A stretch of 64,000 nt of DNA from Eledone cirrhosa (lineage: Eukaryota), in the NCBI GenBank assembly GCA_964016885.1, contig OZ024740.1, positions 74,338,001 through 74,402,000 on the forward strand. The letters are read 5' to 3'. The translations under genes were made by a program, and so were the position numbers. Positions 62,797 to 64,000 of the stretch are shown in pieces. The notes below the pieces were generated by a model. It was given only the letters and a program-made list of their open reading frames with translations. It made no database searches and was not told the origin of the DNA. Numbering within the stretch: position 1 is the stretch's first letter; each line of letters begins with the position of its first letter.

Positions 62797-64000
62797 TTCC
62801 CTAGCATTGGAAATATCAAGGTATGTGAACAGTTCCGTCTTTTGGACGGTTTGAGCAAAAGAAATCTTTTCCTTGTTCGTGGAGTTGTTCGTATTGCGGC
62901 TGTTGTTGGTGGTAGTTAGGTTATTAGCATCACAGAATTCCAGGATTCTGAAGCCTTCCTCATTTCTAGTACAAAACCCATAGCCTCCATGGATTCCATC
63001 ATAGCCATCACTATGTTGTCCAATGTGACCATTAAGGTGTCAACAATAATTAAGTAATCGTTGTCGGTTATTTGGGAGGTAGTGTGCATTAGCGACTCAT
63101 AGAACCTGTCCTTTATAACGTCAAGTAGAACAGATTGGGGTGCATAAGTAGATATTATTGTCACAATAGTTCTCTTTAGAACTAGTCTTATTTTAATTAT
63201 TCTGTCATTCACTCTATTTACAGCAATTACCTTATGTACCCATTTTTTCAGCTAACATAATTCCTACTCCACCCAGTCCGTTGTCATTTCCCACCCAGAA
63301 AAGTTTATAGCATCGTTTTTTATCCACAATGAATCTAGCAGACCCACCTCTCCACCTAGTCTCTTGAACACAACAAACATCAACTTCCTTACGTTCAAGC
63401 ATCTCTACAACCTCATTTGAGCGACCTTTCAATGTGCCTACGTTCATGGTACCAACTCTGAAGTTTTGGATTACGTTGGGTGTGTGGAATGGATGAGTTG
63501 GAGGGGCAGGAAGGGGTGTGGGAGACGGAATTATGTTGGTCATCCATGTCTGAAATAAAGAGGAGTCCTTGCAACTCGTCCTGCAGCGAGAGGTGAATTT
63601 ATCTTTATCTGTGACATTGTCATTGAGTGTTCAGACTCTCCAAATTCCGCAGTCCATTTAGCAAACCGAAAAGCAGCCAGGTCTAAACTTAAGGAGTAAT
63701 AACCAAGGTGGTGGCTTTGCTATACAGATTGGTAAGAGAACTTACTATAAACCGCTGAGTTATGATTGGACGAAATAGCAATGGTGGTGTGTGTGGGTGG
63801 GAGGGCAGGAAATGGGTAACTTTAGGATAAGGTTAGTTTTTAGGAAGGGTCCAACAGAATGAGGCATATTATTAAAAACATGTGAAACAGTAAATGAAAA
63901 TCCGAGAGAAAAAGAGAGATTAGATTCTAAACGGACATAAATAACAAATTAAATATCACTGGCCAAATGGACTACAAAAAATGGAAAGACAGACAAAAGT

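Larger units (their letters stand above)
57838..62912 (-). mobile_element. Near full-length Tx1/L1-clade LINE nested in the RTE
   Basis: GC-richer 5-kb block with ORF1 (CCHC knuckle) and ORF2 (APE, RT, C-terminal zinc-binding region), flanked by a duplicated RTE segment. Confidence 0.92.
55047..63990 (-). mobile_element. RTE-clade LINE split by a Tx1 insertion (RTE parts 55047-57837 and 62913 to about 63990)
   Basis: Minus ORF pieces run from the APE start (63232-63543, 62916-63212), resume at 57570-57837 and continue through RT to a (CAT)n tail near 55047. Confidence 0.9.

Overview
AT-rich, microsatellite-dense animal DNA, most likely molluscan and probably octopod (inferred from the RTE/SINE content and the neuropeptide). 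Only one host gene is clearly recognisable: a single coding exon for an NKY-type (NKY-2-like) neuropeptide precursor at 6819-7157, with a signal peptide, a KR cleavage site and a C-terminal LRY-G-stop. The rest is mostly decayed transposons: RTE-clade LINEs (two near full length, one split by a Tx1/L1 element), tRNA-derived SINEs, Tx1/L1 copies, mariner and maT remnants, piggyBac-type MITEs and Helitron-like non-autonomous units. The most interesting structure is a set of Penelope-like element (PLE) derivatives. Six intact-core minimal type-I hammerhead ribozymes with palindromic stem III are visible. One pair tips a 4.36-kb near-perfect palindrome (16034-20395). Another pair lies in 310-bp direct repeats 525 nt apart, a retrozyme-like layout (44131-44965). 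A ladder of fold-back structures (arms of about 27, 52, 114, 195, 600-730 and 2090 bp) sits in or beside (TA)n tracts. A Tx1 element inserted into an RTE is flanked by an unusually long, roughly 62-bp duplication and has no tail. Everything was read by eye, so element boundaries are approximate unless junction sequences are quoted.
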